Below, one piece after another: positions 17,833-27,173 of a stretch of DNA of 48,617 nt (position 1 is the stretch's first letter; each line of letters opens with the position of its first letter). A program made the position numbers and the translations under genes. This DNA is from a virus. The notes under the pieces were generated by a model that saw only the letters and a list, made by a program, of their open reading frames with translations, was not told the origin of the DNA and ran no database searches. The DNA is taken from the IMG/VR virus record IMGVR_UViG_3300019458_000022; one strand, 5' to 3'.

Positions 17833-19788
17833 ATGAGTGCGACACTGGCCGCTCGTCGCAGGCGGCACGTCGGTGCGCTCGCCGGTATCGGAGGGACGCG
17901 GAGGCGTCGTCGGCGCCGTCGCGGGATCTCCGATGTGGCGGCGTGGTTCGGACACAAGCGGAAGCATTCCCGCGCGGCCAAGAAGGGCTGGCGCACGCGC
18001 CGCCGCCGCAAGAGCAGCCTGGGTCGGCTCACGAAGGCGGCCCGGAGGAAGGCGGCCAAGAAAGGCTGGCGCCGCCGGAAGCGGAAGGCCGCCGAAGGCG
18101 CGCTCGCCGGTGTCGGCGGGCGTCGTCGTCGGCGCCGTCGTTCCCGGAGCCGCCGTCGCCGTTCGCTCGGTCGGCTCACGAAGGCCGCCCGGAGGAAGGC
18201 GGCCAAGAAGGGCTGGCGCCGCCGCAAGCGCCGCGCCGCGGGCGCGCTCGCCGGTCTCGGCGGCCGTCGTCGCCGTCGTCGTTCGCGGAGCCGCCGTCGT
18301 CGTTCCCATCTCGGGGTCACGCGGCGCCGCCGTTCCCGTCGTCGTCGTTCGCACCTCAGCGGCACCCGCCGCCGCCGTTCCCATCGCCGTCGTCGGCACC
18401 TGAGCGGCACCCGCCGCCGGTCTCGCGGCCGTCGCCGGGGTCTCCGCGGCCTCGGCTACATGACCGAGACCTACGCGGCCGGTCGGTTCGGGCTGGACGG
18501 CCTGGGCCGCATCCTGCCCGGCGAGGTCATCGAGCGGTACAAGATGGGGCGCACCCGCAGGCGCAAGGGCCGGAAGGGCTCCCGGCGCAGCCGGAGCCGC
18601 CGGGGCGTCCGGGGCGTGTCCCTCAGGCCCATCGTCTACGACATGGGCGGAGCCAGGAGACGCCGTCTCGGCGCCTGGATGCCTGGAGAGGTCCGGACGA
18701 CGTTCGGACGGGGGTTCGGTCCCGAAGAGCAGTTCATGGGCCGCGTGCTGCCCGGGGAGGTCATCGAGCGGTACAAGATGGGACGGATGGGCCGCATCCT
18801 GCCCGGTGAAGTGATCGAGCGGTACAAGATGGGCATGCTGCCCGGAGAGGTCCGGACGACGTTCGGACGGGGGTTCGGTCCCGAAGAGCAGTTCATGGGC
18901 CGCGTCGTCGGCCGTGGCCGCGGTCGGGTGACCTACACCCGTCGTCGGCCCGTGCGCGGCGGCGTCACGAGGGTCACCCGGCGTCTCCCCTGGTTCGCGC
19001 GGGGCGCGATGGCGGGGATGTACGCCAACCCGAAGGAGACCTTCGGCGTCGGCCCGTTCAAGTACATCTTCTCGACGCACGGCCTGGTCGGGATCGGCGG
19101 CCTCGCCATGGGGCGTACGGTCTCGAACATCGTCAGCCACCTGCTGCACTTCTTCCTGACGTCGAAGGACGCCGAGGGCAAACCCAAGGCGCTGGTCGCG
19201 GCCCCGCTCATCAACCACGTCGGCGATCTGATCGGGGCGGTCGGCGGCTACGAACTGGGCCAGGTCATCGGCCGGAAGGCGTACGGGACGGATCTGGCGC
19301 GGATGGCGACTCTCGGCGCGATCGGCGGCCAGCTTTTCTCGTACCTTGCGAAGGGCACCATGGCCGTCCTCGACCTCATCGGCCTGGAGGTTCCGGGCGG
19401 CGCCAAGTACGGCGGCCTGGGACGCTACGGCGCGGAAGGCGAGGAACGGGCCATCGGACGCTACGGAGCGGAGGGCGAGGAGCGCGCGATCGGGCGCTAC
19501 GGCGCGGAAGGCGAAGAGCGTGCGATCGGCCGGTACGGCGGCGAGTCCGAAGAGCGCGCCATCGGGCGCCTCGGGCTGCCGGGCCAGGGCTCGCGTCCGG
19601 GCGGTTCCCGTGCCCTCCCTGCGGAAGAGCAGGAGGAGAAGGGGATCATCGACGAAGAGGGCCCCGAGGAGGTCGCCGCTTCCGAGATCATCCGCGATCC
19701 GGAGGCCGAGGAGCCCGAGGAGGAGTTCCTGGGCGCCCTGGCCGACGAGCCCGAGGAGGAGTTCCTGGGCTCGGGAGACAACTTCTAA
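17833..19788 (+). CDS. Protamine-like Arg-rich repeat protein; putative DNA-condensing core (poly)protein
   Basis: AGGAGG RBS; about 260 aa of poly-Arg blocks, internal repeats, hydrophobic segments, acidic C-terminus. Confidence 0.75.
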   Translation: MSATLAARRRRHVGALAGIGGTRRRRRRRRGISDVAAWFGHKRKHSRAAKKGWRTRRRRKSSLGRLTKAARRKAAKKGWRRRKRKAAEGALAGVGGRRRRRRRSRSRRRRSLGRLTKAARRKAAKKGWRRRKRRAAGALAGLGGRRRRRRSRSRRRRSHLGVTRRRRSRRRRSHLSGTRRRRSHRRRRHLSGTRRRSRGRRRGLRGLGYMTETYAAGRFGLDGLGRILPGEVIERYKMGRTRRRKGRKGSRRSRSRRGVRGVSLRPIVYDMGGARRRRLGAWMPGEVRTTFGRGFGPEEQFMGRVLPGEVIERYKMGRMGRILPGEVIERYKMGMLPGEVRTTFGRGFGPEEQFMGRVVGRGRGRVTYTRRRPVRGGVTRVTRRLPWFARGAMAGMYANPKETFGVGPFKYIFSTHGLVGIGGLAMGRTVSNIVSHLLHFFLTSKDAEGKPKALVAAPLINHVGDLIGAVGGYELGQVIGRKAYGTDLARMATLGAIGGQLFSYLAKGTMAVLDLIGLEVPGGAKYGGLGRYGAEGEERAIGRYGAEGEERAIGRYGAEGEERAIGRYGGESEERAIGRLGLPGQGSRPGGSRALPAEEQEEKGIIDEEGPEEVAASEIIRDPEAEEPEEEFLGALADEPEEEFLGSGDNF

Positions 19789-19956
19789 CGAAGGCTGTCG
19801 CGACTGTTCTTTGAGAAGTACCTGGGCCAACGCTGAGTTTCCAGAGCAGTACGGGTTTTACGAGCCGGGTTCCCAGATAAAAAACATTCCGGCCGGAGGG
19901 TGGAGGGCAGGGCTTTTTAGGGTAAGCGTGGCTTGCTGAGGGGAGGTGATCACTCT

Positions 19957-20565
19957 ATGCCGCGTCTGACAGGTAAGCGCGAGATCGTCACGGGCTGGAT
20001 CTACGACGCCGCGACGCTCGGTGTCTCCGGGCTCTCCGGCCGTGGATTCCAGATCCCCAACCCGGTGGATACCTGGGATGCGTTCCAGCAGCCCAAGGGC
20101 CAGGCGGGGAAGACCTTCACCCAGACGAACGTCGAGGCGGGCTCCGGGTTCCTCCCGGGCGTCAAGTCGTTCGTCATCAAGTCGGAGGTCTTCAAGGTCG
20201 AGGATTGCAGGCTCTCGGACGACGTCTGCAAGATCATCGACGGCGGCAACGCGACGCTCAAGATCTCGGAGAAGTCGTACCCCTCTCCGATGCCGATCTG
20301 GCTCTTCTCCGGCGGGACGGGCCTCTTCGACAACGTCCGCAGCGCCGCCGCCGCGGCCGGGGACATCCGGGCGACGGTCGGGCCGGGCAACATCGCCAAC
20401 GTGCTGAAGTTGCACCGGGCTCTGCCGGTTCCCATCAACACGCTGGAACCCTTCGTCTTCGAGTTCCGGTGGCAGCCCGCCATCACGATCGGGCCGCAGC
20501 CGACCGAGGACGGCATCCAGGTGTGGGTGGTGCTGTACGGCTTCCTGAAGCGTCAGGTGGCGTAA
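19957..20565 (+). CDS. Candidate major capsid protein (single jelly-roll-like)
   Basis: 202 aa beta-strand pattern (WIYD...QTNV..GSGFLP...FVI...VWVVLYG); very strong RBS GGAGGTGAT; followed by a GC hairpin; directly after the core-protein gene. The fold is inferred. Confidence 0.5.
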   Translation: MPRLTGKREIVTGWIYDAATLGVSGLSGRGFQIPNPVDTWDAFQQPKGQAGKTFTQTNVEAGSGFLPGVKSFVIKSEVFKVEDCRLSDDVCKIIDGGNATLKISEKSYPSPMPIWLFSGGTGLFDNVRSAAAAAGDIRATVGPGNIANVLKLHRALPVPINTLEPFVFEFRWQPAITIGPQPTEDGIQVWVVLYGFLKRQVA

Positions 20566-20605
20566 GCCGCCCGGCTGCGGAAGGAACCGCACTGGTCGAG
20601 TACAA

Positions 20606-20660
20606 GGGGGAGGGCGCGGCCTCCGCGCCCTCCCCCCGCTGTACCTTCCAGGTTTTTTTG
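20606..20660 (+). terminator. GC-rich hairpin after the capsid candidate
   Basis: GGGGAGGGCGCGG-cct-CCGCGCCCTCCCC, with a T-run about 15 nt downstream. Confidence 0.5.
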
Positions 20661-20721
20661 GCCCTCGGCCTTGTAGAGCCTGCCGAGCGGATGAAGGGGT
20701 GGCTCCCCGGAGGACTTTTTT

Positions 20722-21303
20722 GTGCCGAACGAAACGCGCGAAGAAGACCTGGACGTCAGGGCGCTTCTTCGGAAGATCAACAAGAACCAGAACGCGCTTC
20801 ACTCCCGGCTCACGTCGATCGAGCAGCGGGTTTACAAGTACACCGACGACGTCGGCGAGGTCTCGAAGCGCGGACAGGGGATCTTCGAAGACGTCTTCAA
20901 GGTGATCCTCACGGTCGAGTTCACCGAGGCGCTCCAGGTCCAGAGCGACCAGTTCATCACCGCCAGCGACTTCCATTTTGATTACCTGAAGGTCGCGGGC
21001 TTTCCCGAGCAGTTCAGGTCGCGGGTGAATATCCGGTTCAAGGACATCTCCAGCGACGTGGAACTCGTGGGGCGCCGCGATTTTATGCCGCTCGACACGT
21101 TCGCGGGCACGGGAGAACTTCCGTTCGCGGAAGTCGCGCCCCGGCGCTTCGTCGCCCGCGGCGGCATCCTCATGGACTTCCAGGACAACGGGACCATCGA
21201 CGGGGTGACGCCCTCGAACCCGGGCGACTTCCCGTACCGGATCACGATCACGATCCATGGTCTCAAGGTCTTCCTCCAGAGGGTCGAGCGGCAGGGACAG
21301 TAA
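20722..21303 (+). CDS. Putative structural protein (N-terminal helix plus beta-sandwich)
   Basis: 193 aa, GGAGG plus GTG start, alternating beta pattern. Confidence 0.6.
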   Translation: MPNETREEDLDVRALLRKINKNQNALHSRLTSIEQRVYKYTDDVGEVSKRGQGIFEDVFKVILTVEFTEALQVQSDQFITASDFHFDYLKVAGFPEQFRSRVNIRFKDISSDVELVGRRDFMPLDTFAGTGELPFAEVAPRRFVARGGILMDFQDNGTIDGVTPSNPGDFPYRITITIHGLKVFLQRVERQGQ

Positions 21304-21311
21304 GCCCTGCC

Positions 21312-21947
21312 ATGATCGTGAGACGACCGTTCCGCTTCGCGGCAAGCGAAGTGGAGAAGAACCAGAGGTCACACTACGTCCTGAACGACCTCCCCCTGGA
21401 GCACCAGGTCCGCGGAAACGACATCGTCAACACGGTGATCCGCCGGAAGGAGATCGGATTCCGGACTGTCGCCTATCCCGGCGGCGTCATGAAGTACGAG
21501 GAGGCGATCGTCGGCAAGATCCCGGACGAGCACCGGGTCCATCCGGAGGGCCTGGAATCCTACTACCTGCCCGAGATCGTCGCGCCGCCGGACTTCTCCC
21601 AGCCGCTCATCCTGTCGGACACGTTCACGATCCCAGCCTTGGCGTCGAACTTCGTCACGATCGACTTCACGGTGCCGATCGCGCGCGAGGCCGCGATCAA
21701 GACCGCTTTCTTCGAGGTCGCCGACGCCTCGATCGACACGATCAGCTTCAACATCGTCTACGGCGGCATGAAGAGCGAGTTCGCGGTCAATGTCGAGGTC
21801 TCGCCCCTCGAATCCTGGCAGGCGAACATGCGCCTGGACGAGCAGATGCGGGTCGCCGTGCTCGTCACGAACGCGCTCGCGGGCATCCGTTCGGTCCGGG
21901 TGGCGCTGAACGGCTGGATCTACCCGGTCCATAAGAGGGTGGTGTAG
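21312..21947 (+). CDS. Putative beta-rich structural protein
   Basis: 211 aa; C-terminal beta pattern ending VRVALNGWIY, similar to the end of the 19957 protein. Confidence 0.6.
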   Translation: MIVRRPFRFAASEVEKNQRSHYVLNDLPLEHQVRGNDIVNTVIRRKEIGFRTVAYPGGVMKYEEAIVGKIPDEHRVHPEGLESYYLPEIVAPPDFSQPLILSDTFTIPALASNFVTIDFTVPIAREAAIKTAFFEVADASIDTISFNIVYGGMKSEFAVNVEVSPLESWQANMRLDEQMRVAVLVTNALAGIRSVRVALNGWIYPVHKRVV

Positions 21948-21949
21948 CG

Positions 21950-22585
21950 ATGGTCGATACGCTCACCATCTTCTCGAAGCGCGTCAAGGTCCCGGCCAAG
22001 GGCGTCGTATCGAGCAATTTCTGGGTCTCGATCGGCTTCGGCTCGATCCGGGGGATCGCCAACGCCGACAAGGTCGGCCCCGAAAGCCTGGTCCGGATCA
22101 TCCAGGGAATCAATCCGGAGAAGCGGGACCGCCAGCGGGCCATCAAGCTCTTCGATCCGAACTGCGACATCAAGCTCATCGAGCCCGTGTGCTCGCAGCT
22201 TGTGCGCGTGGACTACGAGAACGACCTGGACGAAGAGGTCAACCTTTCGCTCGACGTCGCGCTCTCGAAGCGGCGCGTCGAGCGGGACGAGGTCAAGTAC
22301 CGGGACTTCTTCAACGAGACGCGCACCGTGCTCGCGGGATCGACGTTCGCGCAGAACGAGGTCAACATCCAGGAAGCCCTGGGACGGTCGGTGACGTCGC
22401 TCCACATCCAGCTTCCGACGTCCACGGACCTCGTCAACCTAAAGATCAACGACGAGGGCACGAACCTTTTCGAGGTCATCGGGGAACGTCGCTTCACGCC
22501 CGAGGCCGACCAGTTGGAAATCTGCCGGGTCTTCATCGAGAACCCGGGCGCGGGCAACCTCGACGTGAGAATCTTCGCGACCTGA
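21950..22585 (+). CDS. Putative beta-rich structural protein
   Basis: 211 aa, tight operon spacing. Confidence 0.6.
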   Translation: MVDTLTIFSKRVKVPAKGVVSSNFWVSIGFGSIRGIANADKVGPESLVRIIQGINPEKRDRQRAIKLFDPNCDIKLIEPVCSQLVRVDYENDLDEEVNLSLDVALSKRRVERDEVKYRDFFNETRTVLAGSTFAQNEVNIQEALGRSVTSLHIQLPTSTDLVNLKINDEGTNLFEVIGERRFTPEADQLEICRVFIENPGAGNLDVRIFAT

Positions 22586-22595
22586 TTTAGAGGGC

Positions 22596-23261
22596 ATGAA
22601 GATGCTGGGCATGCTGAGCGCGGCGCGGATCACGAGCCGTCTCCGCCCCTACGTGGCCGCGGTCAAGCCGCCGACCGTGAAGGGGAAGCGCTGGTTCGTC
22701 GAAGCCTTCTTTCCGAAGACGATCAACTATCGGCCGTTCTTCCACAAGGACTCGATCCGGCACGTCTTCCGGCGCCCGGCGATCGAGGGCGGGATCGACC
22801 ACCGGGTCATCATCGGGTGCCCGGTCGTCGATCCGGCGACCGGAAAGAAGACGCGGGTCGTCTACAAGGCCGACAAGCGGACGAAGGAGCGCTACCCGAC
22901 CTGCTCGGTGAGCCCGATCACGCTCAACATCTGGCATCCGGACACCAAGGCCGAGCGCGAAAAGGTGAAGCGGATCATCAAGGACTACGGCAAGGATCTC
23001 GCCAAAGTCCCGAACAAGATCGGGAAGGCGATCCTCTCCCGCCAGAGGAACCTGGTCCGGATCGAAAACCTGATCGAGCGGATGCGCGGCCGGAAGACCA
23101 CCCGGAAGCGGACCCGCAAGGTCGCCGGGCTGTCCGGCGCGCGCGGCGGACGCCGGGGAGGCATCGGGGTGGGGCTGACGATCGCGCTCGTCGGACTCGG
23201 CGCGCTCGTCACCTGGGGAATCATCGGAAGCTTCACGAGGAAAACGACGGTAGCCGCGTAG
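22596..23261 (+). CDS. Basic protein with C-terminal membrane anchor
   Basis: K/R-rich body; GIGVGLTIALVGLGALVTWGIIG followed by RK. Confidence 0.7.
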   Translation: MKMLGMLSAARITSRLRPYVAAVKPPTVKGKRWFVEAFFPKTINYRPFFHKDSIRHVFRRPAIEGGIDHRVIIGCPVVDPATGKKTRVVYKADKRTKERYPTCSVSPITLNIWHPDTKAEREKVKRIIKDYGKDLAKVPNKIGKAILSRQRNLVRIENLIERMRGRKTTRKRTRKVAGLSGARGGRRGGIGVGLTIALVGLGALVTWGIIGSFTRKTTVAA

Positions 23262-23306
23262 TCGGGATTCCGAGACCGGATGGACTGATTGGATGCGAGG
23301 CGTGGA

Positions 23307-24548
23307 ATGAGCAAGAAGCGCGGACATCGCGGCGGCGCCCGTCATCGCGGGACCGGTGCCAGGGAATCCGGCATCCCGCCCGGTCTCTGGGTGACGCTCT
23401 TCGGCGTGACCGGGATCACAGTGCTTGGGGTGGCTCTCGCCAACTCGAAGAAGAACAACGCGAAGGACAAGGGCACGTCCGGGCTCCGCGACCTTCCGAC
23501 GCACTACCCGTTCTACCCGCGCGTCATGCCGTCCTACGAAGTCCCGATGAAAGTCCACCGGGACGCGGAGATCATCCAGCACCAGGAAGTGAACCCGGCC
23601 GGGAAGGTCATCATCTCCGAGGAGATGCAGCCGGTCGAGAACGTCCAGTACCTCCCGCAATTCACGCCTCCGGCGAGCCGCCGTCTCCCGGACAATCCGT
23701 TCGAGTTCTCTGGAATCGAGGGTGAGGAGCCCGAAGAGGAGTTCATGGGCGCGGCCGAGGAGCCGGAAGAGCAGTTCCTCGGGACGACGCGACCCAAGCC
23801 CTACTATCCCACCGACTTCGAGGCCGTGAACGCCACTTTCGAGAAGGTGGACGGCCTGAAGCTGGAGGGGATCAACGTCGGCGAAGCGAAAGCCCCTGCG
23901 ACCGTCGAGGAGATGTTCGCGCAGAAGATCATGCAGACGACCATCGAAGCCGAGGAGGATACGAAGCGCGACCAGAAGCGCTTCGATGACGAACTCGGCA
24001 ACCGCGAGGCGACGGCCGACGACCTCGACATCGACGACACCGCTCCGGACGAGGATGAAAAGGACGATGAAGAGGCCGGGGACGTGATGGAGGAGGACAA
24101 GGCCGAAAAGGAAGAACCCGAAGGGAAGGACGAGGCCGAGGAGAAGGAGGACGAGTTCGAGGAGCTTGACGAGGACGACATCGAGAAGGCCCTCGACGAA
24201 GCCGAGAAGGCGCCTCCGGCTCCGTCCGCTCCGCCAAAGGCCATCGTCGAAATGCCCGGTCCTCCCATCAAGGAGGAAGTCATCACCGAGGTCCGTCCGG
24301 TCCTTCCTGGAAGGCCCCCGGGTGGGGCGCCCGCGGAAGTCAAGGTCGGCGGCAAGTGGATCGGCGCGAAACCCGGCCGCCCGCTGCCCGAACACGCAGT
24401 CGCCAAAGGCGTTCGGCGCAAGGTGACCCGGATCGCCGGAGTCGATGCCAGGAAGCTCGCGATGCTCGCCGAACTCGGCGAATACGACAAGGCCAAAGAA
24501 GAGGCGTTCGAGGCGCTCGAAAACGGGCTTATGAACGGCCTCTTCTAG
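23307..24548 (+). CDS. Membrane-anchored acidic low-complexity protein
   Basis: N-terminal TM; two PEE[EQ]F[ML]G motifs; D/E-rich tract; start after GAGG. Confidence 0.7.
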   Translation: MSKKRGHRGGARHRGTGARESGIPPGLWVTLFGVTGITVLGVALANSKKNNAKDKGTSGLRDLPTHYPFYPRVMPSYEVPMKVHRDAEIIQHQEVNPAGKVIISEEMQPVENVQYLPQFTPPASRRLPDNPFEFSGIEGEEPEEEFMGAAEEPEEQFLGTTRPKPYYPTDFEAVNATFEKVDGLKLEGINVGEAKAPATVEEMFAQKIMQTTIEAEEDTKRDQKRFDDELGNREATADDLDIDDTAPDEDEKDDEEAGDVMEEDKAEKEEPEGKDEAEEKEDEFEELDEDDIEKALDEAEKAPPAPSAPPKAIVEMPGPPIKEEVITEVRPVLPGRPPGGAPAEVKVGGKWIGAKPGRPLPEHAVAKGVRRKVTRIAGVDARKLAMLAELGEYDKAKEEAFEALENGLMNGLF

Positions 24549-24560
24549 AGGCGGAATTCC

Positions 24561-24923
24561 ATGTACATCAACGAGATCGGCGATCCGAAGCGCAGGAGGC
24601 GGGTGCCTCCTTCATGGGCCGCCGCCAAGGGCTTGAGGCGGAAGTTAAGCGGGCCCGTGGAAGAGGAGGCTCCGCCGGTCGAGGATGTCGTGGCTACCGG
24701 CCCGAAGGACGTCGAGCTTCCCGGGCCCAAGATCGAGCAGTTGCGCCCGACGCGGGCGTACGAAGAGCTTCCGGCGATCCCCGAGTTCGAGTTCGGAGGC
24801 GAAATGGTCCTCCCGGAGGACGTCGAAAAGGTCGCCGAACTTTCGGAGTTCGGCGAGTACCACGCCCAGGACCCGATCGCTCTGCGATCCCTGGAGAACG
24901 CGATCATCAATGGACTTCTCTGA
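24561..24923 (+). CDS. MY-start hypothetical virion protein
   Basis: MYINEIG; C-terminus resembles that of the previous gene. Confidence 0.7.
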   Translation: MYINEIGDPKRRRRVPPSWAAAKGLRRKLSGPVEEEAPPVEDVVATGPKDVELPGPKIEQLRPTRAYEELPAIPEFEFGGEMVLPEDVEKVAELSEFGEYHAQDPIALRSLENAIINGLL

Positions 24924-25774
24924 TGTACGTCAGCGCAATGGAAACGTTCGAGCACGGAGCGCTCGCGGGTGTCACGAGCATCGTGGCGCCCGATGGGCGC
25001 CAGCTTGGAGCAAGCCTCGGGAAGAAGGTGCGGAAGACGGTCAAGCGCGCAGGGAGAGGCGTCAAGCGGATCGCGAAGACGAAAGCCTTCCAGTACGCGA
25101 TGGCGCCCTTCACGGCCGGGATGTCGATCGCATCCGTCCGGAAGGGCGCGAAGAAGGCGCTCGTCAAGTACGGACCGTACGTCGCGATCGCCGCGCAAGC
25201 GCTCAACCTTGTCGTTCCCGGACTGGGAGTGGCGGTGGGCGCGGCGATCGCCGCGGGCTCAACCGCGTTGCAGGCAAAAGAGGCCAAGAAACAGGTGAAG
25301 GAGGCGGAGAAGCAGGCTCTTTCAGCGCAGGCGGCCGAAACCCAGGCGATGGCCGACGAGCAAATGAATAGCGCGTACACGACTGGAGAGAAGTACTTCA
25401 CGGAAAAGTACGGCATGAGCCGGGACAAGTGGACCGCGCTTCCGTACGACGACAAGCTCAAGTTCGTCCAGAACGTCGTCTACGACCAGAACCAGGAACA
25501 GATGGCGGCGGAAGGGGTCACGCGGGAGCAGTTCATGGCGATGCCCGTTGAGGAACAAAACAGCATTGTCGCGGCCCTGGGCGAAACCGAGTTCAAGGAG
25601 CTTAGCTCGGGCGAGCGAAGGAAATTGACCGCCGAACTCGCGTCGGCGGTCGGGGAGCCCGTGCCCGAGGAAGGACTCCTCGGGCTTCCGCTCTGGGCGT
25701 GGCTCGCCATCGGAGGAACCGTCGTTGTCGGGATTCCGGTGGTAGTCATGTTGGCGCGTAGGAAGGCGGCATAG
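24923..25774 (+). CDS. MY-start membrane protein
   Basis: MYVSA; ATG overlaps the upstream stop; internal hydrophobic hairpin and C-terminal TM followed by RRK. Confidence 0.7.
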   Translation: MYVSAMETFEHGALAGVTSIVAPDGRQLGASLGKKVRKTVKRAGRGVKRIAKTKAFQYAMAPFTAGMSIASVRKGAKKALVKYGPYVAIAAQALNLVVPGLGVAVGAAIAAGSTALQAKEAKKQVKEAEKQALSAQAAETQAMADEQMNSAYTTGEKYFTEKYGMSRDKWTALPYDDKLKFVQNVVYDQNQEQMAAEGVTREQFMAMPVEEQNSIVAALGETEFKELSSGERRKLTAELASAVGEPVPEEGLLGLPLWAWLAIGGTVVVGIPVVVMLARRKAA

Positions 25775-25777
25775 CGC

Positions 25778-26035
25778 ATGTACCTCGGATACCAGCCCTA
25801 TACGGTCGCGGGCGCGATGAAGCCCTCGATCCGCCTCAAGGCCATGGCCGGGCTTGGCGAAGTCCCGGTGGTCGTGGTCAAGGACGAGGCCGCGACCGCA
25901 AGTTTCGGGCAGAAGATCACGAGCATGCTTCCCTTCGCAGTCGCGATGGTCGGGGTTTCCGTCGTTTCGAGCCTTGCGGTGTACGCGATCACGAAGCTCA
26001 TCGAGGGGAAAAAAGGCAGGCCGGAGCGCAGGTAG
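25778..26035 (+). CDS. MY-start small membrane protein
   Basis: MYLG...MAGLGE; C-terminal TM and basic tail. Confidence 0.7.
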   Translation: MYLGYQPYTVAGAMKPSIRLKAMAGLGEVPVVVVKDEAATASFGQKITSMLPFAVAMVGVSVVSSLAVYAITKLIEGKKGRPERR

Positions 26036-26056
26036 AGGAATTCTCGGAGGCCGAAC

Positions 26057-26425
26057 ATGTACATGGGCGTTGTCGAGCGGAGCATCGGGTACCTTTCGAA
26101 CGGCCACTCCGTTCTCACCCAGAAGGTGACGCCGGAGCAAGCGGAGAAGCTCTCCAAGGAGAGCCCCTCGGTCTGGGACAAGATCGTGGAGAACCTCCCG
26201 ACCGTGGTCGCCAAGGGCTACGAGACCTATCTCAAGCTTCGTGGCGAAGGAAAGCCCGCGAAGATCCCACCGCCTGTGAGCGTCCCGGTCTCGGCCTTCG
26301 CGCCGACGCCGACCCCCACGACGCCGGGCTGGGTGCTTCCGGTCACGCTCGGGGTACTCGGTCTGGGCGCTCTCGGGACCGTGGTCTATCTCGCGACTCG
26401 CAAGGGGAACAACAAGAAGAAGTAG
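26057..26425 (+). CDS. MY-start small membrane protein
   Basis: MYMG; Pro/Thr linker; C-terminal TM followed by RK...KKK. Confidence 0.7.
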   Translation: MYMGVVERSIGYLSNGHSVLTQKVTPEQAEKLSKESPSVWDKIVENLPTVVAKGYETYLKLRGEGKPAKIPPPVSVPVSAFAPTPTPTTPGWVLPVTLGVLGLGALGTVVYLATRKGNNKKK

Positions 26426-26427
26426 CC

Positions 26428-26832
26428 ATGTACGTTTCGGCCATCGAAAAACGCCGTGGCGCCGGGATGGACGGCAGCTTCTACCTCGCCCAGGGCGAGG
26501 AAGAGGAGTTGAAGTCCCTGGAAAAGGCCGCGGCTGGAACGAAGGAAGCCGAGAAGAAGGAAAAGGAGCCTGAGAAACCGGCGTGGCAGAAGGCGGTCGA
26601 AGCCGGAGCGACGGCAGCGGCGGCGATTGCGACAACGGCGATCACGAAGGGCCGGAAGATCGAGCCGGTTCCGCCAGGGGATGAAGAGACCGCGGCTGCG
26701 AGAAGGTTCGCGGCCGGGGAAGGGCTACCCGAGAAGACGTTCATGCAGAAATACGGAGTGATGATCGGAGTCGGCGCTGCCGCGATCGGCGTGCCGACCC
26801 TGCTCTATTTTCTCCTGAGGAAGCCTGCGTAG
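26428..26832 (+). CDS. MY-start small membrane protein
   Basis: MYVSA; C-terminal KYG-TM-RK. Confidence 0.7.
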   Translation: MYVSAIEKRRGAGMDGSFYLAQGEEEELKSLEKAAAGTKEAEKKEKEPEKPAWQKAVEAGATAAAAIATTAITKGRKIEPVPPGDEETAAARRFAAGEGLPEKTFMQKYGVMIGVGAAAIGVPTLLYFLLRKPA

Positions 26833-26834
26833 CC

Positions 26835-27173
26835 ATGTACATGAACGGAAGCGGCATCGGCCAGTGGGCGGACATCATTTCCGCGGTCGTTCCGGCTCTC
26901 GCCAAGGTCGGGACGTCGGTCTACGGGGCGAAAGTTACGAAAGACATCATCAAGAAGCAGGAAAAATCGGCGATCCAGCAGGCCCAGCTTGCGCTCAAGG
27001 CCCAGCAGGCGGCTCTGGCGGCCCAAATGGCACAGGAAAAGCGGGCGGCCGACGCCGAGAAGAGCTTCTTCGAGAAGTACGGCCTCTACATCGGGATCGG
27101 CGTGGCCGCGGTCGGGATTCCGGTCGCGGTTCTTCTGGCGATGCCGAAGGCGAAGGAAAAGAAGTCGAAATGA
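26835..27173 (+). CDS. MY-start small membrane protein
   Basis: MYMNGSGIGQ; C-terminal KYG-TM-basic tail. Confidence 0.7.
   Translation: MYMNGSGIGQWADIISAVVPALAKVGTSVYGAKVTKDIIKKQEKSAIQQAQLALKAQQAALAAQMAQEKRAADAEKSFFEKYGLYIGIGVAAVGIPVAVLLAMPKAKEKKSK

Noticed and set aside
17812-19830. Long alternative-frame and antisense ORFs over the Arg-rich gene
   Set aside because: The 17833 frame has the AGGAGG RBS and coherent peptide repeats with synonymous variation; the others are shadows
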